Assembly: GCA_018398765.1 (NCBI GenBank)
Contig: JAHBMJ010000022.1
Coordinates: 1 to 59,424 of the forward strand
Length of the DNA: 59,424 bases
Source of the DNA: Chromera velia
Lineage: Eukaryota
Reading direction: 5' to 3'
Part shown: positions 34,874 through 46,197 of the stretch, piece by piece
Numbering within the stretch: position 1 is the first letter of the stretch
Layout of the letters: each line of letters starts with the position of its first letter
Made by a program: the position numbers and the translations under genes
The notes under the pieces: generated by a model
The model's database searches: none
What the model was told of the DNA's origin: nothing
What the model saw: the letters and a program-made list of their open reading frames with translations, nothing else

Positions 34874-37800
34874 TGTGTGTGTTTATGCTTGCTGCATCTC
34901 CTGCTGCTGCTGCTGCTGGAGTGCCCATCCTGCATGCATGCGGTTGCAAAGAGGTGACGGAGAGGGACACATTTCAGCATTTCAAGAGAACCGCAAAGAC
35001 AGCAAGAACAGAGAGAGAGAGAGAGAGAGAAAGGCAGAGAGAAAACACATGCAACAAAAAAATGTCGGACACAAAACTCGTCGGAGCCGTGCATGTGTTT
35101 ATTCTTTGGCTCTCCCTCACACTTCCTTCCTCTTCTTTACCTCCGAGACATTAATGGCATCAGGTCTCTGCGCCGCCTTCCTTGTCACTCTGACAGGAGC
35201 GAACAAGAAGCAGACGTGTTCTGGATAAGGAAGAAAGAAGTTACGAAAAGAAGGAACACAGGAACGAAGGAAGCAACAAAGTCAAATTAAGAGGAACCCC
35301 TTCACCTTTACTTTTTCGATTCTGCAGGCGGCAAGTTCCCTCGCAGTCCTCGATGAGAAGCTGAGCGAGTGTCTTGCAGTGGCATCGCCTGCAGAGAAGG
35401 AACAAATAGCGAAGGACTCTGCCTCCTCTGCTGTGGAGACGATCTCCAACCTTCTGGTCAGTCAGTCAGTCGGGCAGACTTTTGCATTTCCTGTCTTTGC
35501 GGAAACTGACTGCGGGTCGATGCATGCACGGTCTTTTCTTTCTGTCTGTCTGTCTGTGTGCCTCCAGGATGCGATGGACTCTGAAGCTCTGGCAGGAACC
35601 GGGAGTGCCTCAGGAGGCGATTCTTCCTCTTCCTCTGACGGAGGGGGTTCTGGCAGCGGCACGACGTTGGGTGGCGTGGTGGTGGTGACAGCGCCTGCTG
35701 CTGAGAAGCCGTCGCAGGCAGACGCTGAGGTGGCGACGGCAGCAGCTGTCAAGATCCTGCAGGCAGTAGACAACATCGGTTGGTTGGTCGGTCGGGTGGG
35801 ATGGGGGCGGGGGGAATCTGTCGGCGGGGGAGTAGCTGCATGGGTGGGTCTGGACGTGAGGGAGTGGTGGAATGGGTGAGGAGGTGTGCAAGTGAATCAG
35901 GTTTGTCGCAGACAGGGAGGTAGGTGGAGGTAGGGCCATTGCTGAACGAGAACACCTTGCAAGACCCTCCTTATCTCGCCATGGACTTATCTGTGCACCC
36001 GTCTGCGTGCCCTCCCATGCATTTATGCGTTCATGCATTGATGGAAGGAAGGGAGGAAGGAAGGAAGGAAGGAAGGAATCCATCATCGATCGATCGCCTA
36101 ATTTCCCCCCTAGCTGAACATGTGCAGCCGACAACCTCGCGGAGGCAGTACCGGTCGGAGAGGTGACGGTGATCAAGACGGAGACGCTTTCCATTGCCGT
36201 CCAGAGTTCACCCCCTGATGCGACGACGGTGGAGGCAAAGTCAGAGACGGCATCAATACAACTGGAGTTGGCGGATACCACTACAATCGGTGAGTGGCTG
36301 TCTCCGTCTCCGTCCGACTCTGTCGACATGTCCCCTTTCTGTTCTGTCACAATTATGCCCGCATGTGTACCGGCTGGTGTTTCGCTCCCTCCTTGTGTCT
36401 TTCTTTCTCTCTTACCTTTTGTTTTGTCTCTTTTCGATTCCTTCTTTTTTTCTTTGTCGTTTCTCTGCACCTTCGATTTCGTGCATGGATACAGAAATTG
36501 ATTGATGAATCAGGAAAATGACAAGGAGTTGTAGAATTGATGAATACAGTTCCTGTACCATCACTCACTGCTTCTTCCTATTCATTGTCACTTCCAGCAT
36601 GATGCCACTCGCTCCTGCGTGCAGCGTCTCTGCCCCAGACGGGCGCCTACGAGGGCATCGTTCGGACGATCAGACAGTCCCTGCCCAGCAATGCGCGGTC
36701 GGACAAAAGTGACAAGGCCAGAAGGCTGACGTTGATGGAGTCAGTCAGCAACCCCGCGCCCTTCGCAGGTGCGCGCACCAGAGAGAACGGATTTGTCACC
36801 GCTGGCCTCTCCCCCTTCATCAGAATGGCGGCGCGGCAGGGAGGGGAGGTGATTGGAGGAAGTCGTACGGCTCTGATGAGTTCAGGGACGTCCTCTGCCC
36901 GTGCTGCTGGGGGAAGGTCGAGTCGCCGTCTCGCTGACGATGCCAGCGACAGTACTGCGAATTCTTTTGCGTCTGTGGACACTCAAGGGGCAGAAAGAGA
37001 GGACACAGAGAAGACCTTTGAGAAAGAGACGTCGGAGGGTGTCCGAGAGCTGGCGGAAGTCTCATTCGGCAAAAACATCGCGACGGTGGAGCTGTCATCA
37101 CCCGAGCAGAACAACCTTGTAGCCCAACGGGAGTTGATAGAGAGAGAGTGGGATGTGTACAGATTGGGAAGGACTGGAGGCGTGTGGGTGGTGGAGTGCG
37201 CACAGCTGGACGTTCAGAATGAGGAGTGGACTCACGACGGTCAGTTCTTCTCTTCCAGTCGGTTGCATTGCATGCAGACTTCCTGTTGGGATCTTTCCTT
37301 CACGTTTTTTCTTTGTTTGTTGTTTGCTTGTGTCCCTTGTGGTCTCTTCGGTTTGTCGCTGCGGGTTAGAACTCTTCTCCCTATTTCTGGCTGGCTGATC
37401 AGCTAGCTGGCTGGCTCTCTGACAACACCAAACTCCCCCCCTCTTTCTGTGTGGGTGAGTAAAGAGTGCCTGTGTGTGCAACATTGATAGAGTGTCAATT
37501 CGGTTGCAGGATGCGCAATAACCGGAGCGGACGGCGGAGAGATCACAGAGCAGCAGATTGTCTGCACTTGCGAGATCAGGGCAATGGAGGCCGTTTTCTC
37601 AATCAGCCAGAGGGTGGGTCAGTCAAGAGACCGACCGATCGATCGATCGATCGATGGCTGTTTGCATGGGCCCTTCGTTCCTTGGCCATTATTTTCATTT
37701 ATTTTCATACAGAATCATTAATATACATTCAATGGGGGCCCTTCGTTCCTTGGCCATTATTTTCATTTATTTTCATACAGAATCATTAATATACATTCAA

Positions 37801-40800
37801 TGGGGGCCCTTCGTTCCTTGGCCGGTTGGGGCGACTCAGTGGACGTTGACACAGCAACGTTCTGAAGGGACATGCAAAGAGACCATTGGCAGTTGCTGTG
37901 CTTGCACAAAGCGTGATTGATACTTTCATTGTCTCAGCCCGTTCCGGCATCTTAACGACATGACAAATCGACAGCGAGAGAGACCGGCGCATCTGCGTAT
38001 CGACGGAAAAGTGCCAAAGCTAGATTTTTTTACGTCCGTCTGTTCGCATGCGTGTGTGTGTCTTCATACTCATTCAGTATGTGGAGCCTCCCGCATCAGC
38101 TCCAACGTCTGGGACTGCACAGCAGACCGTCCTCGAAGACCTCCCTAGAGTCGGCTACGTCTTTCTGCTTCAGACGGTCAGTCTCTCTGTTGGCTTGCGT
38201 TTACCTGCCTGCCTGTTTGTCAGAAAAGAGAAAAGGGTCAACTCAGTCTGCCTGCTCATTCAAAAGAAGAATGTTTGTCTGGCAGTCTGTCTCTTGATTG
38301 CAGTGAGGGAATGAAGAAAGGGGATGAGCAGCCGGGGGGGAGAGATGAAGTGGGGAATGTGCTAGATCCCTGTGTGTCTTTGTTTTTTTCTTTTTGCCCG
38401 TCCTGCTGTAGCCGTTCTCTCAGAAATCAACCAAGAGGCAACTCAAATTGAATGAAACAAATGCCTCGCTCTTCAAGGGAAGAAAAGTGGTCCAGACAAC
38501 AGTGCCCCGGCGGGGGCGTCTTTACAAAAGATGATCTTTATCCTTAAGAGCACTGTCTCTTCTCTTCTCTTCTCTTCTCTTCTTTGCCCGAATTCTTCCG
38601 CTCATGCAGGTCTCCGTCTCGTCCTTCTTCATCTTCTTGGTGCTTGCTATTTTGCTTCAAACGTCAGTAGGTCCATCCCTGCGTGGAGGCCTCTTGCAGC
38701 CTTCGCAACGTGCTCTCTATTCATTCTCTTCGTTTCGTATGTTCGCGTTCTTCTGCCTTCCGCCACTCAAAGGCTCATTCCTTCGATTCTCTGATTTTTT
38801 CGGAAGCGCTCATTCACTCATTGCTCAACTTGTGAATTGTATCTTCCCAATGACTTCATCGCATAGCATCGATCGCCTTGCACGGCTTGCAGCGCCTTCA
38901 TGGCAGAGAGGAAACTCCTTCCCATTCTCCCAGAGGTCTCGCCTAGTCTCTCCATGTGCACGTGGCGGCGGCGACACAACAGAACAGGGCTGCAATCCCA
39001 AAAAGTGGCGGCGCTGAAGGACATTCAGGCGTCCTCAGGTCACACCCGTTCCGACAAGACGAAAGAGAAGAAAAGAGGGAGTGTCGCAACGGACCAAGAA
39101 GCAAGGGCAGGAAGGTACCACAGCCAGGCCAGCCAGAGCGGCAAGGGGAAGGAGAAGGTGAAGCAGCAGGCGGTCCCTGAAGGAAGCGAGGCAACCTCGA
39201 AGGCCAGCCTGGCCCTGCAAGAGGTGACCGCAAGGGCAAAGGCGCTCTTTGGAAGCGAGGGGCACGTGCAGAGAATTCGAAAGTGAGTCTCCTAGCTCGC
39301 ATCATTCTTTGCCTTCGTGAATAGACCGTGTCTCTCTCAAGCATTGTTTCTGCTTGTCTGTGTGAGTGTAAGTTGTTGCATTGCTCCATCTGACTCTGAC
39401 TGTGCAGATTCTTCAACCCCCGTCGCATCGTCGCCTTTCACCTTTCTCGGGGCGTCTGCTTCGACGAGAGCGGCCGGGTTGTCTCTGAGCCACCATCCGC
39501 AGGTCGGTGTCGGTGCAGCTGCCTGAGACGCGCCTTCGTCAGGCAGACGTCCCTGGGGGTCTGTGACGCTAGGGTGATCAGGCAGGCGCTGAAGGCGAGA
39601 CGCGCGCAGTCGGTGGAGGAGCGCAAGGAGTATGAGTTGGACCAGAGAGAGCGGCAGAAGGCTTTGTGGAAACAGATGGAGGTGGAGATGGCGGGGCGAC
39701 AGTATGAGATGGGGTTTGTCTTTAGCACTGAGGAGATCCGAGCGAGGGTGCTCAGAGCGATGGCAGAAAGGAAGGGCAAGAAAGGAAAGGGAAAGGGAAA
39801 GAAAGCGGGGGACGGAGACAGTTCTTCGTCTTCCTCTAGTGATTTTGATTCTGACAGCAGCAGCAGTGGCAGTAGTGGTTCAGGCAGTGAGGCGGGGAAG
39901 GAGGAGAGTGATGCTGAGGAGTCGGTGGGTGTGTCTGAGTCAGCAGAATTGTACGAAGACCTCGCTGCCCTTTTGGAAGCCCTGGAGGGGGCAGACAAGA
40001 GGGACTCCCTAGCTTGGAGGGAACAGGAAAAGGAGTTGAGGGAGAAGCTGCAAACTCTGAAGAAGAAAGCGGATTTGATCCTAGATGAGGCATCCTCAGA
40101 TGAGGGTTCCCATTCAGCTCCTGCGTACGGTCGTGGGGCGACGGGGGAGGTTGTCCTTCTCGTTCCCTCTCAAAGCAAGGAGGCAGAAAGCGAAGCGGAA
40201 GGGAAAGAGGGAGGAAGAGGGTCTGAGTCTCGCCGTCGCATCAGCGTGACGGACGGCACGGTGCGTCTGGTGAAAGGGGGAGGGGCGTGTCTTTCTCCGT
40301 CGGGTTCTTTCGGCACCTTTCTGTCTCTCCAGTCGCCTTCTCCGCTCTCTCACAAAACCTTCTTTGGAGGAAATACAAGGAAAGAGGAAGAAGAAAAGGA
40401 GGACAGTGAAAGCAGCAGTGTGGGGAGTCTGTCGGATGAGAGCATGACGGGTACAGATTTAGTAGAAGAACAGCCGACAAGAAACGAGAGGGGCCTCTCC
40501 GGAGAAGGAAAAGAAGATTCAAATAACACAGCTCCCCTCCCTGCCATGGAGCCTGAAAGCCGCACTTCAGAATGGTCTTCCTCGTCTCTTTCTGTTGACT
40601 CTTACAATCTTTCGAGTGACCCCTGCGCCTCTTCCGCGTCCCCCTCGTCTAGCGGAGCGGAGAGGGAGAAGGGAGAGCATACTTTCAAGAGAGAAGGAAC
40701 GCAGAAAAAGGAAACGGAAACGGAAGAGGAAAAGAAGGTCTCGAAGAAACAGAAAACAAAATCCCTGAAACGCCTCAAAAGCACAGCAGCAGAAGTCCAT

Positions 40801-40910
40801 CGTCGTCTCTCTGCATGTGGTCTGGGTGCGCCTGCGAAGAGGTGGAGGGCCCCGATGGCGATTGTGGCCCCGGCAGATGCCTCCAGGGATGGGACCCTCC
40901 CTCTCAGGTT

Positions 40911-40944
<34 letters not shown>

Positions 40945-43448
40945 TGCCTTGTTTTAGCAGGTGGAAATGATTGACTTTTACTCACTTGCTCTCTTTTTCA
41001 CTGACTCTCTTTACTTATCCTCGTTCATTCGATCGTCGAGTTTTCATTCATTCAGAGCTTGAGAGAGGGCAGGTACTTGGGGATCACCTTTTTCCTTTTT
41101 TTGTTCCTTCCTCCCTTCCTTCCTTCCTGCCATGCCTTCGTTCGTTCCTTCTTTTGTTTGTTAACTTAGTCTGGGTGTTCGCATGCATGCATGTCGCGAT
41201 CTCGGGATCTCGGGATGGATGGATGACTGCAGGGCCCGGTTCTGTCTCATGAGTGCCCCGCTACTGTGCTGGTCAGTCTGGATCGACTGGCCTCCGTATT
41301 TCCTCTGTGTTCGTGTTCGTGTGCGTGGGTGTGAATTTTGGAAGGTGGTTGAGTGTAGATGTTCTTTATTCTTTCATTTGGGGAATCATTCAACACAACA
41401 CGGCATCAAATTAAGGACGTGAAAATGGTTCTAGCTCTTCTGGTGAACCCAAAGTAAATCAACCTATATATGAACCCATGAATGCTTGAAAGAAAGAATG
41501 CACGCAGGATGAGCATCAAGAGGAACATAATCGCGGTCCGGGTCTCTCAAGCCAAGCTGGTCGCTCACATCTCCGACCTGTCCATTCTCACCGAGACGCT
41601 GGTATTCTCCTGCAAGATGCTCTTGACCCTCAACGTTGCCTTCTTCCTCTGTCTGACCGCGGTCTTCATCGGGGAGACCGACGACAGACACACGAACAGA
41701 AAACCTGTGACGATTGTGAATGCCCCCAGGGGTTTTGGTCTGGAGGGCTTCGGGGACATGGAAGCGTTCCTGAACGCCTCTGCCCTCAAGGCTCTGGTCG
41801 CCTACCTCTGTGTAGAGGTCCTCTTTGCACTCTCCGTGTGTCCTCTTCTGGGCTCAATCTGGAGCGCCGAGAATTCCTTCGGCCGTCTGGACCCTCAAAG
41901 GCTCATCTGGAGTTCGCGGGGGAAAGGGAAAACAGAGGGAGGGGAAGAGAAGAATGCAAACGTGGGCATTGATGAAGAAGGGGAACGAGGGGAGAGACAA
42001 GAAAAGGAATCAGAGAACGATGAGGAAAAAGAAGAAAAAGAGGGGGAGAAAGAAGAAGAACAAATTGTCTCTCGTGGGCCCTGGGGGTTGTCGTACTTCG
42101 ACTTCCCTCCCGGCCTCTCCAGAGAGACCCGGAAGGCGAAAGTTCCGAGAATGGAAAGCGCCAGGCTGTACATACGGGCAAGGCGGCAGGAGGTGGTGGC
42201 ACAGTACGTTCTTGCAGGGGCTGCCGTGACCTTTCTTCTGCTCCTGCTGCTGCTGTTCACGGTGGTGGGTCTGGCGGGTGAGTGGTTTCCCCTCCGGCAC
42301 AAACAGTTCGTGCTTCGGGAGTATTTGCTCTCAAGTCTTCTGGTGTTCTGCTTCGCCCTGGGGTTTCCCTTCTTCTTGGGGATCGCTGAAGGGATCGTCG
42401 TATGGTCAGTCAGTCAGTCAGTCAGTCAATCAGTCAATTAGTCAATCATTCAGTCAGTCAATCAGTCAATCCGTCAATCCATTAGTCAGTCAGTCCGTCC
42501 GTCAGTCCGTCCAGTCAGTCAGTCAATCAGTCAGTCAGTCAGTCAGTCAGTCAGTCCGTCCGTCAATCATTCAGTCAGTCGCTCGGTCGGTCGGTCAGTC
42601 AGTCAGTCAGTCAGTCAGCCAGTGTCTTCTGCTACTCTGAGTCTCTTCAATGTGGCAGCCTCTTTGTCTGTTCATGGGTGCTTTCTGCAAGAAGGGAGAA
42701 GGCCAATGTACATGGAGGACTTCCGTGGAATGCATGCAGGGGGCTAGTGACGATCGAATTCATCCGAAAAACTTGTAGTGCATGAACTTTGTCTCTTCCC
42801 CCCTTTGTGTGTGTGTTTGTGTATGTGCGTGTGCGTGCGTATCACTTTCCCTCTTTCCCTCCTTCGTATTTCTCTCTCTCTCTCTCTCTCTCTCTATGCA
42901 GGGCAAGTTTCCGTTCTGGAGTTTTCGACTGGCTCCTCAACTGCTGTCCTTCTATCCTCTCGTTCCCGGAACTCACACAGTCACGTTGGGTCTGTCTGTC
43001 TCTCCGTCCCTCCTTACCGTCGTCTCATCTTTCTTTTTTCCTTTGTTCCTGACTTCTGTCCCTCTTCCTTTGCTTCTTCCTTCCTCCCTTCTCTCTTGCT
43101 GGTTTCGCTTCCGTACCCTCTTTCTCGATGTCATTTTTATGGCTCGATGGATGCTTGGTTGATTTGAAATGTTCATGATTTGCGGAGCGATTGTGGTTTC
43201 GTGACTTCTCGGGGGAGAAACTGCTTAATGTGAAGGAGACTGATTGACTCCTTCGTTAGCCTCCCACAAGTCACACAAAAAGGTCTATGACTTAATTTCC
43301 GATAAATGGACGCGTGCCCTCACGTGCATGATCGATTGCCTGATGGAGTCACTGCAGGCACATCTCTCCAGGGATGGACGTCGTGAAGTCCCTTGACGGC
43401 ACTCCCACCGCCGACTGGGTGGTGCCTGCGCCTGCTGCGGTGTTCTGA
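25381..43448 (+). CDS. Polycystin-1/adhesion-GPCR-like cell-surface receptor, 30 predicted exons, ~2552 aa: signal peptide, EGF (split) + ConA-like lectin, 10 Sushi/CCP-like repeats, EGF_CA, GAIN/GPS-like region, ~5 TM
   Basis: Exons: 25381-25465, 25810-25870, 26417-26952, 27848-27955, 28148-28366, 28763-28987, 29205-29426, 29723-29929, 30309-30533, 30812-31036, 31429-31653, 31946-32167, 32460-32684, 33066-33290, 33615-33743, 34340-34356, 34689-34817, 35328-35456, 35568-35778, 36128-36289, 36625-37239, 37510-37613, 38078-38176, 38610-38662, 38893-39282, 39408-40907, 41233-41271, 41508-42404, 42902-42985, 43358-43448. All phases are compatible (total 7659 nt). Two donors read TT rather than GT (29427, 42986). 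Motifs include DFNECSNQTHNC...CTDTEGSFECSCNEGFQGDG and ECAQLD...WTHDGC...VCTC. Confidence 0.8.
26160..26399. repeat. (CCTT)n microsatellite in intron 2 of the receptor gene
   Basis: Visible simple repeat. Confidence 0.95.
27248..27503. repeat. 51-bp minisatellite, 5 copies, in intron 3 of the receptor gene
   Basis: gtttccctttctgtcctgtctgttctctttgatcgagtgcgcatgtctgtc starts at 27248, 27299, 27350, 27401 and 27452. Confidence 0.95.
28148..33290 (+). repeat. Array of 10 symmetrical phase 1-1 exons (207-225 nt), each encoding one four-Cys Sushi/CCP-like domain
   Basis: Consensus VSCDE(V/T)(N/T)DSxPNTLxAxVxRTDSGQxGTTTQTAxFTYSCNNGYQLVGSGTPTFTCTGTAYxxSEWQG(G)TVPTCT. Confidence 0.9.
30594..30665. 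repeat. Three copies of ctcagatttgttggcacacg in an intron
   Basis: Visible at ~30594, 30614 and 30645. Confidence 0.85.
33291..33502. repeat. (GTCA)n/(GTCAAGCA)n microsatellite beginning at a splice donor
   Basis: Visible simple repeat. A similar tract lies at 42405-42620. Confidence 0.95.
37667..37823. repeat. ~68-bp tandem repeat (about 2.3 copies) in an intron
   Basis: gggcccttcgttccttggccattattttcatttattttcatacagaatcattaatatacattcaatgg is repeated. Confidence 0.9.
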
Positions 43449-43865
43449 TTCTGTTCAAAGCTGGAGAGGAAAGGAAAGGGAAAGGGGAAAGGAGAGAAAG
43501 ACGCAAGAGGACGCAACAAGACTGTCTTGATTGGGTGGCAACGGAAAGGGAAAAGGGGAAACGGGAAAAAGAAATGCGATTCATTCATTCATTCATTCAT
43601 TCATTGGTTCTGTTGTCATACATCGAAGTTGCCGAAGGGGAAAGCAGAGGAAGGGAAAGGAAAATAAGGTGATGAGACTTTCAAATGTTGTTTAGGTGCA
43701 TGGTGAGTATGCCTTCCCTCATTCGACTCGTTCGCTCTGGTTTTCTCTTTTGCGCTTGAACAGTGTATACACTTATGGAAAGTGGACAGAAAAGAGACGC
43801 AAGGGAAAGGCAACTTTTTGAACCGGGCGGCGCACTAACTTCCTCCACTTGTGTCGGCCTCATGT
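39243..43865 (+). repeat. Right arm of the inverted segmental duplication (partner 3134..7524)
   Basis: See the left arm. Covers the 3' exons of the receptor plus ~400 bp of 3' flank. Confidence 0.95.
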
Positions 43866-44797
43866 GGAAAAATCAGGCCGCTTAATTGATGTGCACGCAC
43901 GCGCACGCACATTGTGTGCATTCTTCGAAAGAGAAAGAGGGATCATACAGCTTGGCGTCACACATGCAGGGAGTGACTGATTACACATGAAGGGAAACCA
44001 ATTAACTGACGGACACAATCGATCAACCTTGTATGCACGCTCTCCTTCCACCCCATCGATGACTCTCTTCTTCCTTTCTCTCCGAGTCTGTCATCAACAT
44101 TTGTCTCTCCCTCCCTCCCACCAGGTAACACTTCTCACCACACTTCATGACAATGCATGCTATCGAACAAACAAACAATCAAACAGAGGACACGTTTCGG
44201 CGGTAGCAGGATGAGCTCGGATGGATCACAAAGACCCGGAAATTTTGCGGCATAGGGGGGAAACTTTTGAATGCATCCAGTGTCAGAACAAGCATGTCGA
44301 AGAAGACTAACAATTTGAGGACGGCAATGTACGTCACAAGTTTTCTTATGCTCGCGAGGGATCGACCCTGGAAGGGAGTGAAGAAAAAGTAAAAAGAAAA
44401 AAGAGAGAATTCTCCCCTGGTTCTGCGATTATTCTGATACAGGAAAAGGGTGGATAGAGTCTGATAGAGGAATGTACGTCGGTTGACCAGGTGAGCCCAT
44501 GCATTTGGGAGACCTGCTGTCTCATTCAATGTTCAGTACCTATATAATAATTCTTAGTCGCTGATTATCGCTAATTAATTAATGGATCAAAAATTGAATA
44601 ATCATGCATCGTTTTACAACTTATTATAACTTAATTTAAATATAAGAATGAGTACTAATATATTTTCATTAATGTGTAATAATTTTGCGCGCTGACGTTA
44701 TGCTCTGACAAACCTTGCATGCTGTATGACGCTACTCGCATGCAGATCACAAACCTAAAGAATTGCGGACGTCAGACCTCTCTCTTTGCTTTCCGTT

Positions 44798-45840
44798 CCA
44801 TGATATCATCATGTAGGGTTGCTAAAAAACAAGTAAAAACAAGCTTTGAAAAAAAAGGGCCATGATATCATCATGTGGGGTTGCTAAAAAAAAAAAGTTT
44901 TGAGAAAAAAAAGTCATGATATTATCATGTATGGTTGTTAAAAAAAATGTTTTAAAAAAAACGTGTCATGATATATCATGATATTATCAAGTGGGGTTAT
45001 TAAAAAACATGGTTTGAAAAAAATGGGCCATGATATTATTATGTGGGGTTGTTAAAAAAAATGTTTTGGAAAAAACGGGCCATGATATTATCTTGTATGG
45101 TTGTTAAAAGACGTGCTTTTAAAAAAATGGGCCATGATATTATCAAGTGGGGTTATTAAAAAACAAGTTTTGAAAAAAACGGGCCGTGATATTATCATAC
45201 CCCCTTGTCACTATCGACTGAAACTTCTTAGGAAATTCAAGTTCAGCCTAAGTTCTGCGCTTTTCACCTATAAAGTTCAAGTCTATTCCGAAGTTCTGCG
45301 CTACGTCAATCTTTACCAGTGTTCAACACCATAGTGTAACCACATATTGTTTTACATGAAATTTAACAGTCAGTCTTTCTCCCGCGCGAGGCTTCCACGT
45401 GCTGTTTTGACGCAGCGACGTACATGTCAAACGTAACTGCACTTTTCACTTTGGTAACGGCCGAAGATCCCTCTATCCGCCTGTGTCATCCTCAGCTTTT
45501 ATACTTTCAACTCTCTCTTAGTTTCTTCTTTTGTGAGCTAGGCTGTCTAAACCTCCTTCGTCAACCACTTGTTTTCTCTCCTAGTTTCTCTCTATACTAA
45601 CTTCTGTCCTGCATCCCTCCGAAGTTCTGCACCCTTTATCTCAAAGCACACTCCGAACTTCTGCAACAAAGTTCAAGACTATTCCAAACTTCTGCAGTCT
45701 CAATTCAAGGAGTCGATAGTGACAAGGGGGTATATCATCATATGGGGTTGTTAAAAAAAATGCTTTGAAAAAAACGGGCCATGATATCATTAAGTGGGGT
45801 GGTTAAAAAACGTGCTTTGAAAAAAACGGGCCATGATATT
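44798..45840. repeat. ~52-62-bp AT-rich minisatellite (about 10 units) interrupted by a MITE
   Basis: The unit ccatgatattatcatgtggggttgttaaaaaaa..gttttgaaaaaaacggg repeats over 44798-45199 and resumes over 45731-45840. Confidence 0.9.
45200..45730. mobile_element. Non-autonomous TIR element (MITE), 531 bp
   Basis: Perfect 20-bp TIRs cccccttgtcactatcgact (45200-45219) and agtcgatagtgacaaggggg (45711-45730), with TA on both sides. Subterminal direct repeats aagttcaag(t/a)ctattcc(g/a)aa(g/c)ttctgc. No transposase ORF. Confidence 0.85.
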
Positions 45841-46197
45841 AAATATAGCTTTCCGGGGTCGTTCGCACGCTTGCATGCGTTATAGATCTATTTGGCACGC
45901 CGCGCGGGCTTTCCGGGGCCATGCAGACCGCGCTTCCAGTTGTCCACAATCGGAGCGTCTCCTCAATTATTAACCGTAGACGGAAGCTCGGACAAGGGGA
46001 CTTTGAGACCCACAGACTGGCTGCTCAGTTCGGCTTCCACAAAGGCCAGCCGTAAACATATAATCCGCAGTCACTGTGAGTCTCGACGACCGCTTCGTTG
46101 TGATTCAAGACAAAAGGTTTTCTTCTAGACGTGCAAGGCCCGCCCGCTCGTCTCTGCCGTCTGTTCCAATTCGAGTCCATTCCCTGTCGCAAGTGAG

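Noticed and set aside
35901..36000. Possible extra exon in the receptor (VEVGPLLNENTLQ...)
   Set aside because: That frame has an upstream TAG, and exons 35568-35778 and 36128-36289 already join in phase to give a sensible sequence.
3134..43865. Giant transposon (Polinton or similar) with long terminal inverted repeats
   Set aside because: The arms are spliced host-gene exons and introns. No integrase, polymerase or capsid gene lies inside, and no target-site duplication was seen.
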